Below, in pieces: positions 1 to 12,088 of a stretch of DNA of 64,000 bases. The notes beneath the pieces were generated by a model. The model was not told the DNA's origin and made no database searches. It was given only the letters and a program-made list of their open reading frames with translations. The translations under genes and the position numbers were made by a program. How positions within the stretch are numbered: position 1 is the first letter of the stretch; every line of letters starts with the position of its first letter. The DNA comes from Squalus acanthias (lineage: Eukaryota): assembly GCA_030390025.1 (NCBI GenBank), contig CM059432.1, forward strand, positions 19,656,001 to 19,720,000. Direction: 5' to 3'.

Positions 1-678
1 AGAAGGTGGCCAGAATTTATGGGTTAGTACCACAGCCTGAAACACTATCTTCAGGGAAGGGAAGGTAAAAATTGAGGCAAAATTTTACCACATCTTTTTC
101 TCTTCTGCTGTGTGCGGGAATTTCAACAGTGCTGTGGAGTTGGGGCTGTTGCCTATTCCATCAACATCAGGATCCGATTCTCACAAATTGCATTTTATAA
201 AATTAGGATTACTTTCACCAACAGCCATTAAAGTATTACTGAAATGTCTTTATCTTGCTGTAATTTTTTTCTGGCATGCTGGCAATTAGACTTCCAGGCA
301 TCTTTGTGTGTCACTGGTGGGAAATAGAAATGGTTGGCAAGGGTTGGCTGCTGAACTAGGAGAGAAAGGGTGAATACTGAGTGGAACATCCAGGGTTAAG
401 AAAAAGAAACAGAAAGAGATCAGTTCTATAAATCGTCTCAACTGTCAGCAGACATAGTCACTGTTTGTTATTGTATGGTATAGATGCAAACAAAAGCTGG
501 GATTTAATATGTTTATTCCATTTTCCTGCCATCCCATCAGGTTGAGTCAGTGGGATTGTTTAAGATGCATGCGAGACTTGCAGTACAGGTACTCCCCCCC
601 TTGAATAATATATTATGTCACTGAGAAAGCAAGGTGCAGCACATCACCATCATTGAAAATAGTAGGAGAAAAGACAAT

Positions 679-1377
679 GGGCCAGAATTCTCCTCACACT
701 TACTCGAACAATTTTTGCCCTACAATTTGCTGGAAATGCGAGTTGATAACGGGGCATCTGGGATCTTAGTGAACAATGGGACCAACAGTCTATCTCCTTA
801 ACCAATGAGGTTTAAGTATAGAGAAAAACACAGAGGAACGACGGCGAGGAAATAGTAAATTAAAGTCAAATTAGGTACTGAAAGAGAATTAAAGAGGGGA
901 AAAGAAAGATTGGATTAAGAGAGCGAGAAAAATGAGAGAAAGGAAAATTAAGAAAAAAAAAAAAAAATTATATTTTAAAAACCTCTAATGTTAATTTACT
1001 ACCTGCAGGAATGAGACTCCACAGTTTTAATTGTTCCCTTTCTGGGCCGGAGAGGTTGAGTGGCATTGCAGGAACATGAATCTCATCATTAAAAAGGTCC
1101 TTATGCTCACTGTTAAGTACAAGCCCGAACTTTCTGCGGCGAGTTTAATTTGTATTTACTGCGCAAAAGCAGCAATTTCTTGAAACTTACAAGGAAGTTC
1201 AGGGTGAGCTGCTGTTTTCGTAAGGCTAACGGTGGAGCGGCGCAAATCGTCCAGCAATTTGTGGTGATTCACAACTCACAGGTTATCTCTTCTTTGCCAT
1301 AAATTGCAGGGTTATTTCCACACTAATAATGGCGTGCACATTAACTGCAACGTTACATTCCCTGCAAATTCTGGGCC
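679..1377. mobile_element. PIF/Harbinger-type MITE
   Basis: Terminal inverted repeats GGGCCAGAATT / AATTCTGGGCC (10 of 11 match). 3-bp direct repeat AAT at 676-678 and 1378-1380. No coding capacity seen. Confidence 0.7.
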
Positions 1378-2250
1378 AATGTAAATTAACAAATCCTGAT
1401 TGGGCAAAGCCAAACTTGGCTTTAAAAATGTGGAGATAGTAGGAGGAAGGAAAGTCTAAGGGAGAAGGATTTTAGCTGCTATAAGTTCCTGGAAAAGAAG
1501 GAGTTACAATAGGTGATCATACAATGAACACTGGTCCCATTCCTTTATTGCCCCAGGCTCATAAGATGTCTTTCCATAATTGACAAATGTTATAGAAATG
1601 TAAGTTGTTGTATTTATTATTTATTAATGCATGTTATGTAGAAGAGTGTAGCTGAAAATAAACTAATAACAAGGACAAGCATCCTATATTGAATCTGGTG
1701 GTTGGATCACATGATTGACTGGGGTGGGAAATGGGAATGATTCAGTGCAAGATGTATTTTGAGTTTGAGATTAACACACATTTTGCGTTTGAAATTGCAC
1801 TGTGTTATTATTAACAAATTGATTAATCTATTCAGAAGACATTCCTTTATTCCCTATTTGAATGAAGGCATGAACCCATTTAAAATAAACAGCTACCAAG
1901 CCATTGGCTACAGGAACCTAAAGCAGTAATGTAGCCTGATTAAAAAACTCTCTACTACACACATGGATATGAGCTAATGTTACTTGAATCATGAACTGCA
2001 CTTCAGGGGGTGATGCCTATTTTGTGAAGCCTGCCTTTGTCTATAATTAACAAAATCACATTTATAACTTGCATGTTTCAAAGCCCCTGTTTCCTTTTAT
2101 TAGCTGATCTTTTTTCATTTTTCATTAAACAATAAAAGAATTTGACCTGGTTTTAAATATTAAAGAGTGTGATTTTCTTAGATGTTGGGTGAGGAAAGGA
2201 TTAGGTTGAGCAGCAGTGGCTCCTCATTATCGTAAAACTCCCTGACACCC

Positions 2251-5181
2251 AGGCTGCGATTTCCCCTACCTCGGCGGGACCGGCGTGGCCGGGGTCGGTG
2301 GCGGGTCCTGACCACGCTGCTGGCTCCAGCCCGCTGTCCAAAGTGATCTTACACTGATTGGGCTTGTTAAGCCTGCCCAGCACGTTTGCTGGCCAATTGA
2401 AGGAAGCGAGTCTGATGACGTTTGATAAGGTTCCCCATGGTCGGCTCATGAAGAAAGTAAGGAGTTGTGGGATAGAGGGAAATTTGGCCGATTGGATAAG
2501 TAACTGGCTATCTCATAGAAGGCAGAGGGTGGTGGTGGATGGAACATTTTCGGACTGGAGACCAGTTACCAGCGGTGTGCCACAGGGGTCGGTGCTGGGT
2601 CCTCTGCTGTTTGTGATTTTTATCAATGACTTGGAGGAGGGGACTGAAGGGTGGATCAGTAAATTTGCTGATGACACCAAGATTGGTGGAGCAGTGGATG
2701 AGGTGGAGGGCTGTTGTAGGCTGCAAAGAGACATTGATAGGATGCAGAGCTGGGCCGAAAAATGGCAGATGGAATTTAACCCTGATAAGTGCGAGGTGAT
2801 TCATTTTGGTAGGGCAAATTTGAATAAGGATTACAGGGTCAACGGCATGGTTCTGAGGAACGTGGAGGAGCAGAGGGATCTGGGGGTTCATATCCACAGA
2901 TCTCTGAAGGTTGCCACTCAAGTGGATAGAGCAGTAAAGAAGGCCTATGGTGTGTTGGCGTTTATTAACAGAGGGTTTGAGTTTAAGAACCGTGAGGTTA
3001 TGCTGCAACTGTACAGGACCTTGGTGAGACCACATTTGGAATATTGTGTGCAGTTCTGGTCACCTCACTATAGGAAGGACGTGGAAGCATTGGAAAGAGT
3101 GCAAAGGAGATTTACCAGGATGCTGCCTGGTTTGGGGGGGAGGTCTTATGAGGAAAGATTGAGGGAGTTGGGGCTTTTCTCTTTAGAGCGGAGGAGGATG
3201 AGAGGCGACTTAATAGAGGTTTATAAGATGATGAGGGGGATAGATAGAGTGGATGTTCAGAGACTATTTCCTCGGGTAGAGGCAGCTGTTACAAGGGGCA
3301 TAACTATAAGGTGCATGGGGGGAGATATAGAAGGGATGTCCGAGGTAGATTCTTTACTCAGAGAGTGGTTGGGGTGTGGAATGGACTGCCTGCTGTGATA
3401 GTGGAGTCGGACACTTTAGGAACTTTCAAGCGGTTATTGGATAAGCACATGGAGCACACCAGAGTGATAGGGAGTGTGATAGCTTGATCTTGGTCTCGGA
3501 CAATGCTCGGCACAACATCGAGGGCCGAAGGGCCTGTACTGTGCTGTACTGTTCTATGTTTCTATGACGTCACTTGATGACCCGTCATCAGCCGATTTCC
3601 TTAAAGGGGCCATGCGCAAATTTATTTTGACATTTGTGCTGTCAGTGTTCTACAGCATTGAGGTGCAGCAAACACTGACAAGCACTGCACAAAGGTGCAG
3701 GACTGAACCCAGGCTCTCTCATGACTCCCTCTATGTGCTTATGGAGGGAGTCACAGCACGCAGGGAGGTCCTCTTCCGTTCCCATGAGCGGAAGACACCT
3801 CCCCAGGAGAGCAACACTGCCTGGTTGCACATTGCACAGGAGGGCACAAGCAGGGATGTCATCAGGAGGACCAGGCTGCAGTGGCGCAAACCTTTCAATG
3901 ATCTCAGTAGTGCACGAAATGTTACTGCAAAGCCACACTCAACCTCATCCTGCTGTGCCACTCATCACATCTCCATCACTCTGCCTTCCCTACCTTACTC
4001 CTGCATACCTTACTCACACCAACTTACCTTGCGCCTCCACCCATCCCTCTCTATCTATATTATCACTTCCCCATCTCACTAGCCCCCTCTCACACTCACC
4101 CTCATCCTAATGCAATCATACCAACTAACAACACACAAGGGTAGGCACTTGTGTGTTTTAGCCAATGCTCATGTGAAGTTTTTGTTAATGTGCTATTAAA
4201 CATTGAAATCTTTATTTTGAACACTTTGCGTTCTTGGACAGATTTGTGTGCACCTTTGGAAGTGGCTTAGTGAGTTGTAGTGAATGGTGAGACATAACGG
4301 TACCCCCCGCAATGGTGACAAGTGTGAAAGGAATGGCTTGGGCATTGTAGGGATGCTTTATGGTGTTGGTGTGGGGTGGTACCAACCTGGCACATCATGT
4401 GGCAGCCAGCGTGTACAGCGTCAAGTGAAGTAAATCTGGCCATGGTGAGGCCATCCCTGGCCTCCCAGGCAGCAGTGTGGTCGGGCGCTGATGCCCTCTG
4501 TCCTATGCAGCACCAGCTGATTGCGGAGAAGGTTGGTGTTGTTGTTGGTGCTGCTGGTGTGCCAGGCGCTAATGGTGTTGGGGCTGATCGTGGTGGGATT
4601 CTGAGGACCAAGGTGAGATAGTTTCAAGGGCACCGATGCTGATGTCATAGATGGCAGGTGACCTTGAGATGACAGAAGCGATCTGTCAATGGTGAGAGAG
4701 GTTGCTCCAATGAGGTAACACTGGATACAGATTTTACTCTAAACACTTGCAACCTGCATAAAGCTCAACCTGTCTTCCAAATGCAGTAAGCAACAGCTTC
4801 TGAGCTTGGAAAGTGAACAGTTGTGAGATGGGAGCTTTTATACCACATTTGCAGCTGTCAAGTAATGATGCTTTCATGGTAACACAACTCCCGACCTGCT
4901 TACCTAACGTGATCCCCGAGCAGTGTGGACCCCATGGGCGACCTTGTAAAATTTAAAGGTGAGCTCAAAATACTTTTTAAATGGCTCTTAACAAGGTCAT
5001 AATGACCTAAATTGCCTTTCCCGCAGTTGCTTGTCGGGTCTGTTCAGCGTCGACAGACCCGACATCTGTGAAAGTCGCGTGGCAGCGGGTTGACAGCGGG
5101 TTCCTGACCCGCTGTCAAAAAAAATTTTCCCACCCGACCCGCCATCAAACGTGCCCGCTGACCCCCCAAAAAATTCTCCCC
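2251..5181. mobile_element. Internally deleted Harbinger element (Myb/SANT exon 1 plus transposase remnant), interrupted by a CR1
   Basis: The + strand at ~3680-3910 encodes PRLSHDSLYVLMEGVTARREVLF...WLHIAQE...RRTRLQWRKPFNDL (Myb/SANT-like). The - strand at ~4430-4650 carries a transposase remnant (AAWEARDGLTMARF). Right end is AAAATTCTCCCC; left boundary approximate. Confidence 0.7.
2422..3566 (+). mobile_element. 5'-truncated CR1 LINE (RT domain and 3' tail)
   Basis: ORF 2358-3398 has GVPQGSVLGP, FADDTK and VRPHLEYCVQFW motifs. 3' tail TTCTATGTTTCTATG. Flanking duplication ATGACGT at 2415-2421 and 3564-3570. Confidence 0.95.
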
Positions 5182-5361
5182 TCACTGTCTGGCTCACACA
5201 TGAAGAACAACCATTTGGGTGTTGAACCAGAGAGCTGTACCTGTAAGAATAAGCCATTTGCTGTAACTTCTGCTGTAATTTAACCAAACTTAAAAATTTG
5301 ACTAAATTTAATATACCAGCATGCATCGGGAGGCTGAGAGGCTGGTTCCTGTGAGAACTAT

Positions 5362-6072
5362 GGGGGAGAAATTGGGTGCCTTCGCGACTCTCATTAGCGC
5401 CGCCAAGGGGCACTAAAGGGGCGCAAATTACTTTGCGACCGGACTCGGCGCTGACATCGAGTCCTGCCATATTCGGCGGGTGTTTCGCGGCAGCACTACG
5501 GTATTGCGCCCCGATCTCCTTCACCTGGAGATCGTGACGTCATCGCCGTGCGCATCGCCCTGGACCTGAAATTGACTTTTGCCCCCTGCAGCAGCGCTTG
5601 CAGAAAACACCGACAGCTGCAGGAGGTGTGCATTGGGTGGCTGGCCGCTTCGGGGCGATAATTAAAGGCGAGGTGGCCGAGGTAAGTAATAAAAAACTTA
5701 TCTTTCCTGTTGGTGTTTTTTCACTTGAGTGCCGGGCTGATCGCACTGGATCGCGGCTGCCTTGGTGGTCCAGGTAGGTAATGTTTCCATTGCAGAGCCT
5801 GTAGCGATAGCCCTTCCCTTTAAGGGAGGGAAGGAGCCTTTGAACGCGGTAGCGCTGCACGGCCCAGTGTGCAGCGCTGCTGAAGTCTCCGCCCCGATAT
5901 TCAGGATTAGCGCTCCAAGAAGGAAGTGGAGTGCTTGATTTAGTGCTCCACCTCCCTCTTGGGGCGCTAAAACTGAATTTCGCGGTCGCCGGCGCTAATT
6001 AGCGCCGGGAGCTAAAGTTTGCGCCCAGGCGATGTTAGCGCCCTAAAATGGTTGATGCCGAATTTTTCCCCC
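5362..6072. mobile_element. Harbinger MITE (GGGGGAGAAATT family)
   Basis: Ends GGGGGAGAAATTGG / CCGAATTTTTCCCCC. Many TAGCGCC/GGCGCTA subterminal motifs. Colinear with the copy at 26218-26986. Confidence 0.8.
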
Positions 6073-6426
6073 TTTGTACGAAAACAGATAAAGAAGACCT
6101 TGGACAGGAACAGAGACTTTCTGCTGAAATGTAAAATAGGCTGCTGCAGTTGTAAGATGTAAAGGCTGCCAGCTGCCTCTTAACAGATAAGGCAAACAGA
6201 CCTTGAGAGTTCTGTGGAGAAGAAGCCATTGAACTGCTAAGCCGTTGCAAAAACAGGAACATCTTCAGACTTTGGAATGTAACCAGCCTTGCGGCCCACA
6301 GACTGATTGACTGACCACTAATAAGAACAAGAGAAAAACAACTACTGACCATTATTCACACAGCTGGGGACACGTATGCAGTGGGAGGGTTGCCAAATTT
6401 TAAGGTATAAAAGATGTTGTAAAAAG

Positions 6427-6512
6427 GTCTCGACCTGAAACGTTAATTCTGTTTCTCTCTCCACGGATGCTGCCTTGCCTGCTGAGTTTTTCCAGCGTTT
6501 TCTGTTGTTATT
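6427..6512 (+). mobile_element. Penelope-like pLTR fragment (3' half of hammerhead motif)
   Basis: GACCTGAAACGTTAATTCTGTTTCTCTCTCCAC matches the 8011-8088 unit. 10-bp TSD TTGTAAAAAG at 6417-6426 and 6513-6522. Confidence 0.8.
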
Positions 6513-7975
6513 TTGTAAAAAGACACTCAGGGCTTTGTTGCCAGTTCAAGTCGTACGTCTCGTCATCGCCGAACCGAGCACTCGCTGGTGTTAGTACCTA
6601 TGTAGTGTTGGCTTACTACCACTTGATTTTAAAGTAAGGGAATAAACCTGTGTATGCTTAAGTATAAATCAGGAGTTGTTATACGCAACAGTTTTGTGTG
6701 AACGTACTTGTAATTTCTTGCTGATTTTAAGTAAAAGAAGTTTTTCACGCATTCATTGAGTTTTGTGTTGTCTGTTCCACGGGCCTGAACTCTATGAATG
6801 GTTGGACGGTGCGAGGGATTATTTCCACACGTCTTACATACCCCACTCGAAGGTGCCTCATTCAGGAAAGGAGAACAAGGAAATTGGAAACAATCAATCA
6901 AAAAAGCAGTGTGATTTTTTTTAAACAGTGAGTGCTCGTGATATCGGGCAAATGAAATATAATTCCTAAGCTGAAAGTACAAGGGAGCTGAATTAAAAGG
7001 AAGCACTTCTAGTGTAAAATACATTTTCACCACAACCAAATAATTAATCAAAAAAATTCCGAACAGGAGCCACCCTGGTTTATTGCTGCGATTCCTAATG
7101 ATTTGAAACCGATAGACATCCCAATATGTATTCAGGGATTATTTAAATGAACAAGTACCCGATTCACAGAATGGACGAATCAACATCCTCTTCTGTTCCT
7201 GTTTCCTAATTAGATGCTGACTTCTAGCATTTATTTCAGCAAGTACGCAAACAGGCGATTTGTAATCATCTTGATTGCACCACACTAAAAGCAATGGCTC
7301 ACAGACCTCTTTCCCTTTTAATCATCAGTCAAGATATAGGTATTAGCCTGTGGTGCTTCAGTCATGTGAGTGTGTCTGTGAGTTCATCTCCAGCATGGTC
7401 AGGTTCAGCCACCCTTTCCTAATGAGATTTTCCCACTGCTCTCATCAGCACTATATTTCAGAAAATCAACAGAAAATGAAAGGCTGTCAAAATGAATTAT
7501 AAATCACGGGGTAGAGTTTCCGCTCTATTGCGTCAGTTATATCAGCGCAATTCGGGCGCAATTGGCCGAATCAGTGCAAAAGATCAGGGCATTCTAAACA
7601 CGAGTTACACCCAAAACCACTTGCGTTCGTATTTTCCGCTGGTTTAAGATTCAACTTACCGGATCAGGCCCCGCCCACAAAACTGGCCACACCTCCGTGT
7701 TGACATTGCGAGATTCCGCTGCTTACGCGGGTTCGGGGAGGCTCGTGAAATTGTGCGCTCCTAGGCACAGGCACGTTTTTAAAGCTTTTCATATCAAAAC
7801 ATATTTAATTTACGAAGAAACTGACTAAGGTGCACCAATGAGAGTAGCAAATGGTGCAGTACAGTTTTTTTTTAATGCAAAAGCAAAGTACTGCAGATGC
7901 TGGAAATCTGAAATAAAAACAGAAAATGCTGGAAATACTCAGCAGGTCAGGCAACATCTGTGGAGAGAGAAACTG

Positions 7976-8012
7976 AGTTAACGTTTCAGGTCGATGACCT
8001 TTCGTCAGTTCT
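7976..8012 (-). ncRNA. Second minimal hammerhead motif (opposite strand)
   Basis: Minus strand reads CUGACGA-A-AGGUC(AUC)GACCU-GAAA-CGUU-AACU. Core intact, but the local stem I pairing is poor. Confidence 0.6.
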
Positions 8013-8043
8013 GATGAAGGGTCATCGACCTGAAACGTTAACT
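8007..8043 (+). ncRNA. Minimal type I hammerhead ribozyme motif
   Basis: AGUU-CUGAUGA-A-GGGUC(AUC)GACCU-GAAA-C-GUU-AACU: conserved core, stem II, palindromic stem III (AACGUU) and a 4-bp stem I, as in Penelope-associated HHRs. Confidence 0.75.
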
Positions 8044-8863
8044 CTGTTTCTCTCTCCACAGATGCTGCCTGACCTGCTGAGTATTTCCTGTAGTTTTTTT
8101 TTAAAGTCGTTTTCAGTGATTTTAAATCAGGTTATTCACAGGTGGAGGACTGGACACCCTTATTAAAAATTCTTATTTTTGGTGATATACCCATTTTCAG
8201 CTGTATTAATAAAATAAAATTAATAAAATTTAACACTCTTAAATACATCCCTGAATGGCCCAGAATTTGCTATAACTGGTCAATGAACGGTGCTCGCCTA
8301 ATAGTGAGGCTTCTTCTTTCAGGGTAAGTTTGATGCCTATTACTTAAAGAAAACTTCCTTTGATATTTTCATTTCTTCTCCAGTGTTGACAAGGTACAGA
8401 TATAGTGCTTCACAGTGGAGGGTATGATGGTGTAGTTAGTACATTGTCTGTGGAAAGAGCAGGCTTGATGGGTTCACACGCTACCTCTCATGTTCCAAAT
8501 ACAGAGTATGTCATCGTGGCAGTGCACACTGATATAAAAAAGGCAAATGAATGTCTTGCACCTCATTATTACACTGGCACTAGCTCAATCTCACTTCGTC
8601 TATTCAAACCATCACCTTGCTGCACTGAGGCAGTCATAACATGGATACGAAATGATTTTAAATTTCAAAGCTTCCATTTTAGAAATCGTAACAAAGCCTC
8701 CAGATACTGATGCCTCTAAAAGGGTGGTGGTGGTGGTGGGCCGAAGCAAGAGGGAAAATGGAAGTCACTTCACTGGCAATTTAAGGACATGATTTACAAT
8801 ATTATGTATTGACGTGATCTTTTCCTCTTGCAGGCTCTTTCCACCCACTACCATGAAATTCAA

Positions 8864-9325
8864 AAAGAAAGAAAGACTTGCATTTATATAGCACCTTTCA
8901 CAATCTCAGGATGTCCCAAAGTGCTTTACAGCCAATTAAGTCCTTTTTTTTTTAAGAGTAATCACTGTTGTAATGTGGGAAACGCGGCAGACTATTTGCG
9001 CACAGCAAGCTCCCACGCATAGCACTGTGATAATGACCAGATAATCTATTTTTGTGATGTTGATTGAGGGATAAATATTGGCCAGGCCACCGGGGATAAC
9101 TCCCCTGCTCTTCTTCGAAATAGTGCCATGGGATCTTTTACGTCCACCTGAGAGAGCAGACGGGGGTCCCAGTTTAATGGCTCATCTGAAAGACGGCACC
9201 TCCAACAGTGCAGCACTCCCTCAGCACTGCACTGCAGTGTCAGCCTAGATTTTTGTGCTCAAGTCTTTGGAGTGGGACTTGAACCCACAATCTTCTGACT
9301 CAGAGGCGAGAGTGCTACCAACTGA
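8864..9325 (-). mobile_element. tRNA-derived Deu-domain SINE (SacSINE1-like)
   Basis: Reverse complement of the 24608-25063 unit: pol III B box GGTTCAAGTCC, central GATCCCATGGCACTATTTCGAAGAAGAGCAGGGG, (CTTT)n tail. Confidence 0.88.
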
Positions 9326-9757
9326 ATTCGCTCGATTTCTTCAGCATAAGGCCATGTAGGAATTTCACGTTTTCCAAATGGACTCATTCCATCCTATTGG
9401 AATCAAGCAAATATTTCTTTCCAACATAGGTGCTGCCGGACAAATCATTCATAACTGGGCCTGAGTTATATGAAATAAAAATTATATGACGAGTAAGTTA
9501 AACAGAGCTTTTGGAAACACACACACTAAAAGAAACTGTCATCACACACTCACCAAGGTGAAAGGCAATTACACTGGGGAATGGAGCAATGGAGCAAAGT
9601 CAAGTACAGCTCCAGCCAGATGCAGAGTAAAACTCTGCCTTAACAGTATACCTTAATCCCAAATCTAAAGGCACACCCTCTCCATACCAGTTTGAATTTT
9701 CCCAGTTCCCACCTTAAAAGTCCCTGTAGTTTTTCTGAGTGAAATTCCCAATTTAAT

Positions 9758-10184
9758 AAAAGAAAGAACTTGAATTTATAGAGTGCCTCTCAGGTTCCTC
9801 AGTTGCTTCATAATTGTGTTTTTGTTTAGTGCAGTCACTGTTCACTCTTGTAATGTAGGTGCAAAGCTAGTTCACACTAGCAGCAATGATAAATGACCAG
9901 ATAATCTGTTTTAGTGGTGTTGATTGAGGGATAAATGTTGACCACGACATCAGGGCAACTCCCCTGCTCTTCTTCAAACAGTGGCCATGGCATCTTTTAC
10001 ATTTATCTGAAAGGGCAGAGTTTAATATCTCATCCAAAAGATGTCACCACCCATAGTGCAGATCAACCTCAGTACTGTACAGTAGTGTCAGTCTAGATTA
10101 CATACTCAAGTCTCTGAAGTGGGGCTTAAACCCCATGACCTCCTGATTTAAAGCAAGAGTGCTACCACTAAGCCATGGCTGACA
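9758..10184 (-). mobile_element. Deu-domain SINE (more diverged copy)
   Basis: Same head, body and tail order as the other copies, with more substitutions. Confidence 0.82.
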
Positions 10185-10203
10185 CCTGGCAAATAAATAG
10201 TAC

Positions 10204-10895
10204 TAGAAACATAGGAAAATAGGAGCAGGAGTAGGCCATTCGGCCTTTCGAGCCTGCTCCACCATTCAATATGATCATGGCTGATCCTCTATCTCAATAC
10301 CATATTCCCGCTCTCTCCCCATACCCCTTGACGCCTTTTGTGTCTAGAAATCTATCTATCTCCTTCTTAAATATATTCAGTGACTTGGCCTCCACAGCCT
10401 TCTGTGGTAGAGAATTTCACAGGTTCACCACCCTCTGAGTGAAGAAATGTCTCCTCATCTCAGTCCTAATTGTCCTACCCCGTATCCTGAGACTGTGACC
10501 CCTCGTTCTAGACCCCCCAGCCAGGGGAAACATCCACCCTGCATCCAGTCTGTCTAGCCCTGTCAGAATTTTATATGTTTCAATGAGATCCCCTCTCATT
10601 CTTCTAAACTCAAGTGAATACAAACCTAGTCGACCCAATCTCTCCTCATACGACAGTCCTGCCATCCCAGGAATCAGTCCGGTGAACCTTCGCTGCACTC
10701 CCTCTATGGCAAGTATATCCTTTCTTAGGTAAGGAGACCAAAACTGCACACAGTACTCCAGGTGTGGTCTCACCAAGGCCCTGTACAACTGTAGTAAGAC
10801 ATCCTTGCTCCTGTACTCAAATCCTCTTGCAATGAAGGCCAACATACCATTTGCCTTCCTAACTGCTTGCTGCACCTGCATGTTTGCTTTCAGTT
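10204..10895 (-). mobile_element. CR1 LINE 3' fragment
   Basis: ORF 10417-10881 (LVRPHLEYCVQFWSP...RRMRGDLIETYKI) plus CR1 3' UTR. Confidence 0.93.
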
Positions 10896-11214
10896 ATGGG
10901 AAGTTTTTTGTGTGGACTCACAACCCACAAACAAGATTAAAGTTGGCCAAGTTCATTTTACTTAGGTACCTTTACAAAGACCTCATTTGATCAGGTTGGG
11001 TTAGATTCAAACCCAGGTTCCAGAGGTGAAAGGGTGCTGCATTATTGAATCCTTGACTACATGGTGTTTACTCACTATTGAAAGTTAATCACAAATATTA
11101 TTGTCAAGATCAGTAATTTTACTTGCAGATTATTGATATTTAATTTGCAGCATTATATTAGTTAAGAAACAACAGCAAACAAGCAGTATGCACCTTTACT
11201 GATTAAGCTCCTTT

Positions 11215-11533
11215 CTTTGACAGCATCTCCCAAGCCCACGACCTCTACCACCTAGAAGGACAAGGGCAGCAGGCGCATGGGAACACCATCACCTGCAAGT
11301 TTTCCTCCAAGTCACACACCATCCTGACTTGGAAGTATATCGCCGATCCTTCATCATCACTGGGTCAAACTCCTGGAACTCCCTCCCTAACAGCACTATG
11401 GGAGGACCTTCACCACAAGGACTGCAGTGGTTCAAGAAGGTGGCTCACCACCACCTTCTCAAGGGCAATTAGATATGGGCAATAAATGCTGGCTTTGCCA
11501 GCGCCGTCCACTTCCCATGAACGAATAAAAAAA
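11215..11533 (+). mobile_element. 3' end of second LINE family (CR1/L2/Jockey group)
   Basis: Matches the 3' part of 40824-41643. Ends CACCACCTTCTCAAGGGCAATTAG...AATAAA...poly-A. Confidence 0.82.
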
Positions 11534-12088
11534 TAGTAAATATTTACATTAAATCTATTTGAGAAGAAAATATGGCCGCAAAATTCAGCTCCTTAGCGCC
11601 CATTTTTTCGATGCTATGAGTGCTGTTTTGGTTCCAAATTGGCGTCCACAGCATGCGCGAACACTTCTGGTATGAACCACATCGGACGCCATCTTGGGTA
11701 GGGCATTAGTGCATGCGCAGGGAGTGTCCGCTGGAAGTATGCAGAGTAGGCACATCGTGACATCAATCAACGTATCACGCTGATTTGACACCAGCGCTGC
11801 CATTTTAGAGCTCAAAGCTCCAACTAATGCCCGCTCTTAAACACGCACAGCTGAACACGCACTCAGTAGCAGGAAGGACCCCCCACCAGCGCTATTTAAA
11901 GGGATCATCAACTACTTGCAGGTTAGTTGCTGATTGATTGCTACTGGCTCTTGCTGAGGTTGTAGAAGTGTTTGGTGGTTTCTAGAGTTGCTTAAAGTTG
12001 TTAAAGTCTACAGGGTGTGGTGTGACATGTGCTGAAGGACTTTGTTCTGACTTCATGGATTCTGCCCACAAACCACTTGCTCCCAGAC

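Larger units (their letters stand above)
5350..6690 (+). mobile_element. Putative solo LTR, interrupted by a MITE and a Penelope fragment
   Basis: TG at 5350 and ...GCAACA at 6690, with TATAAAAG at ~6406 and AATAAA at 6641 in U3-R-U5 order. Flanks GTTCC/GTTTT are only a partial TSD. Confidence 0.35.
7876..8091. mobile_element. Penelope-like inverted pLTR insertion
   Basis: 78-bp inverted arms at 7931-8008 and 8011-8088 (4 mismatches). 13-bp TSD AGTTTTTTTTTAA at 7863-7875 and 8092-8104. Confidence 0.85.
7508..8240. mobile_element. Degraded DNA-transposon-like fragment hosting the Penelope palindrome
   Basis: Starts GGGGTAGAGTTTCC, similar to the other Harbinger-type ends, with a CpG-rich subterminal region. 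No right TIR found. Confidence 0.35.

Noticed and set aside
7805..8166. Two near-identical MERETELTFQVDD peptides on opposite strands
   Set aside because: Artefact of the Penelope palindrome, not a gene pair.
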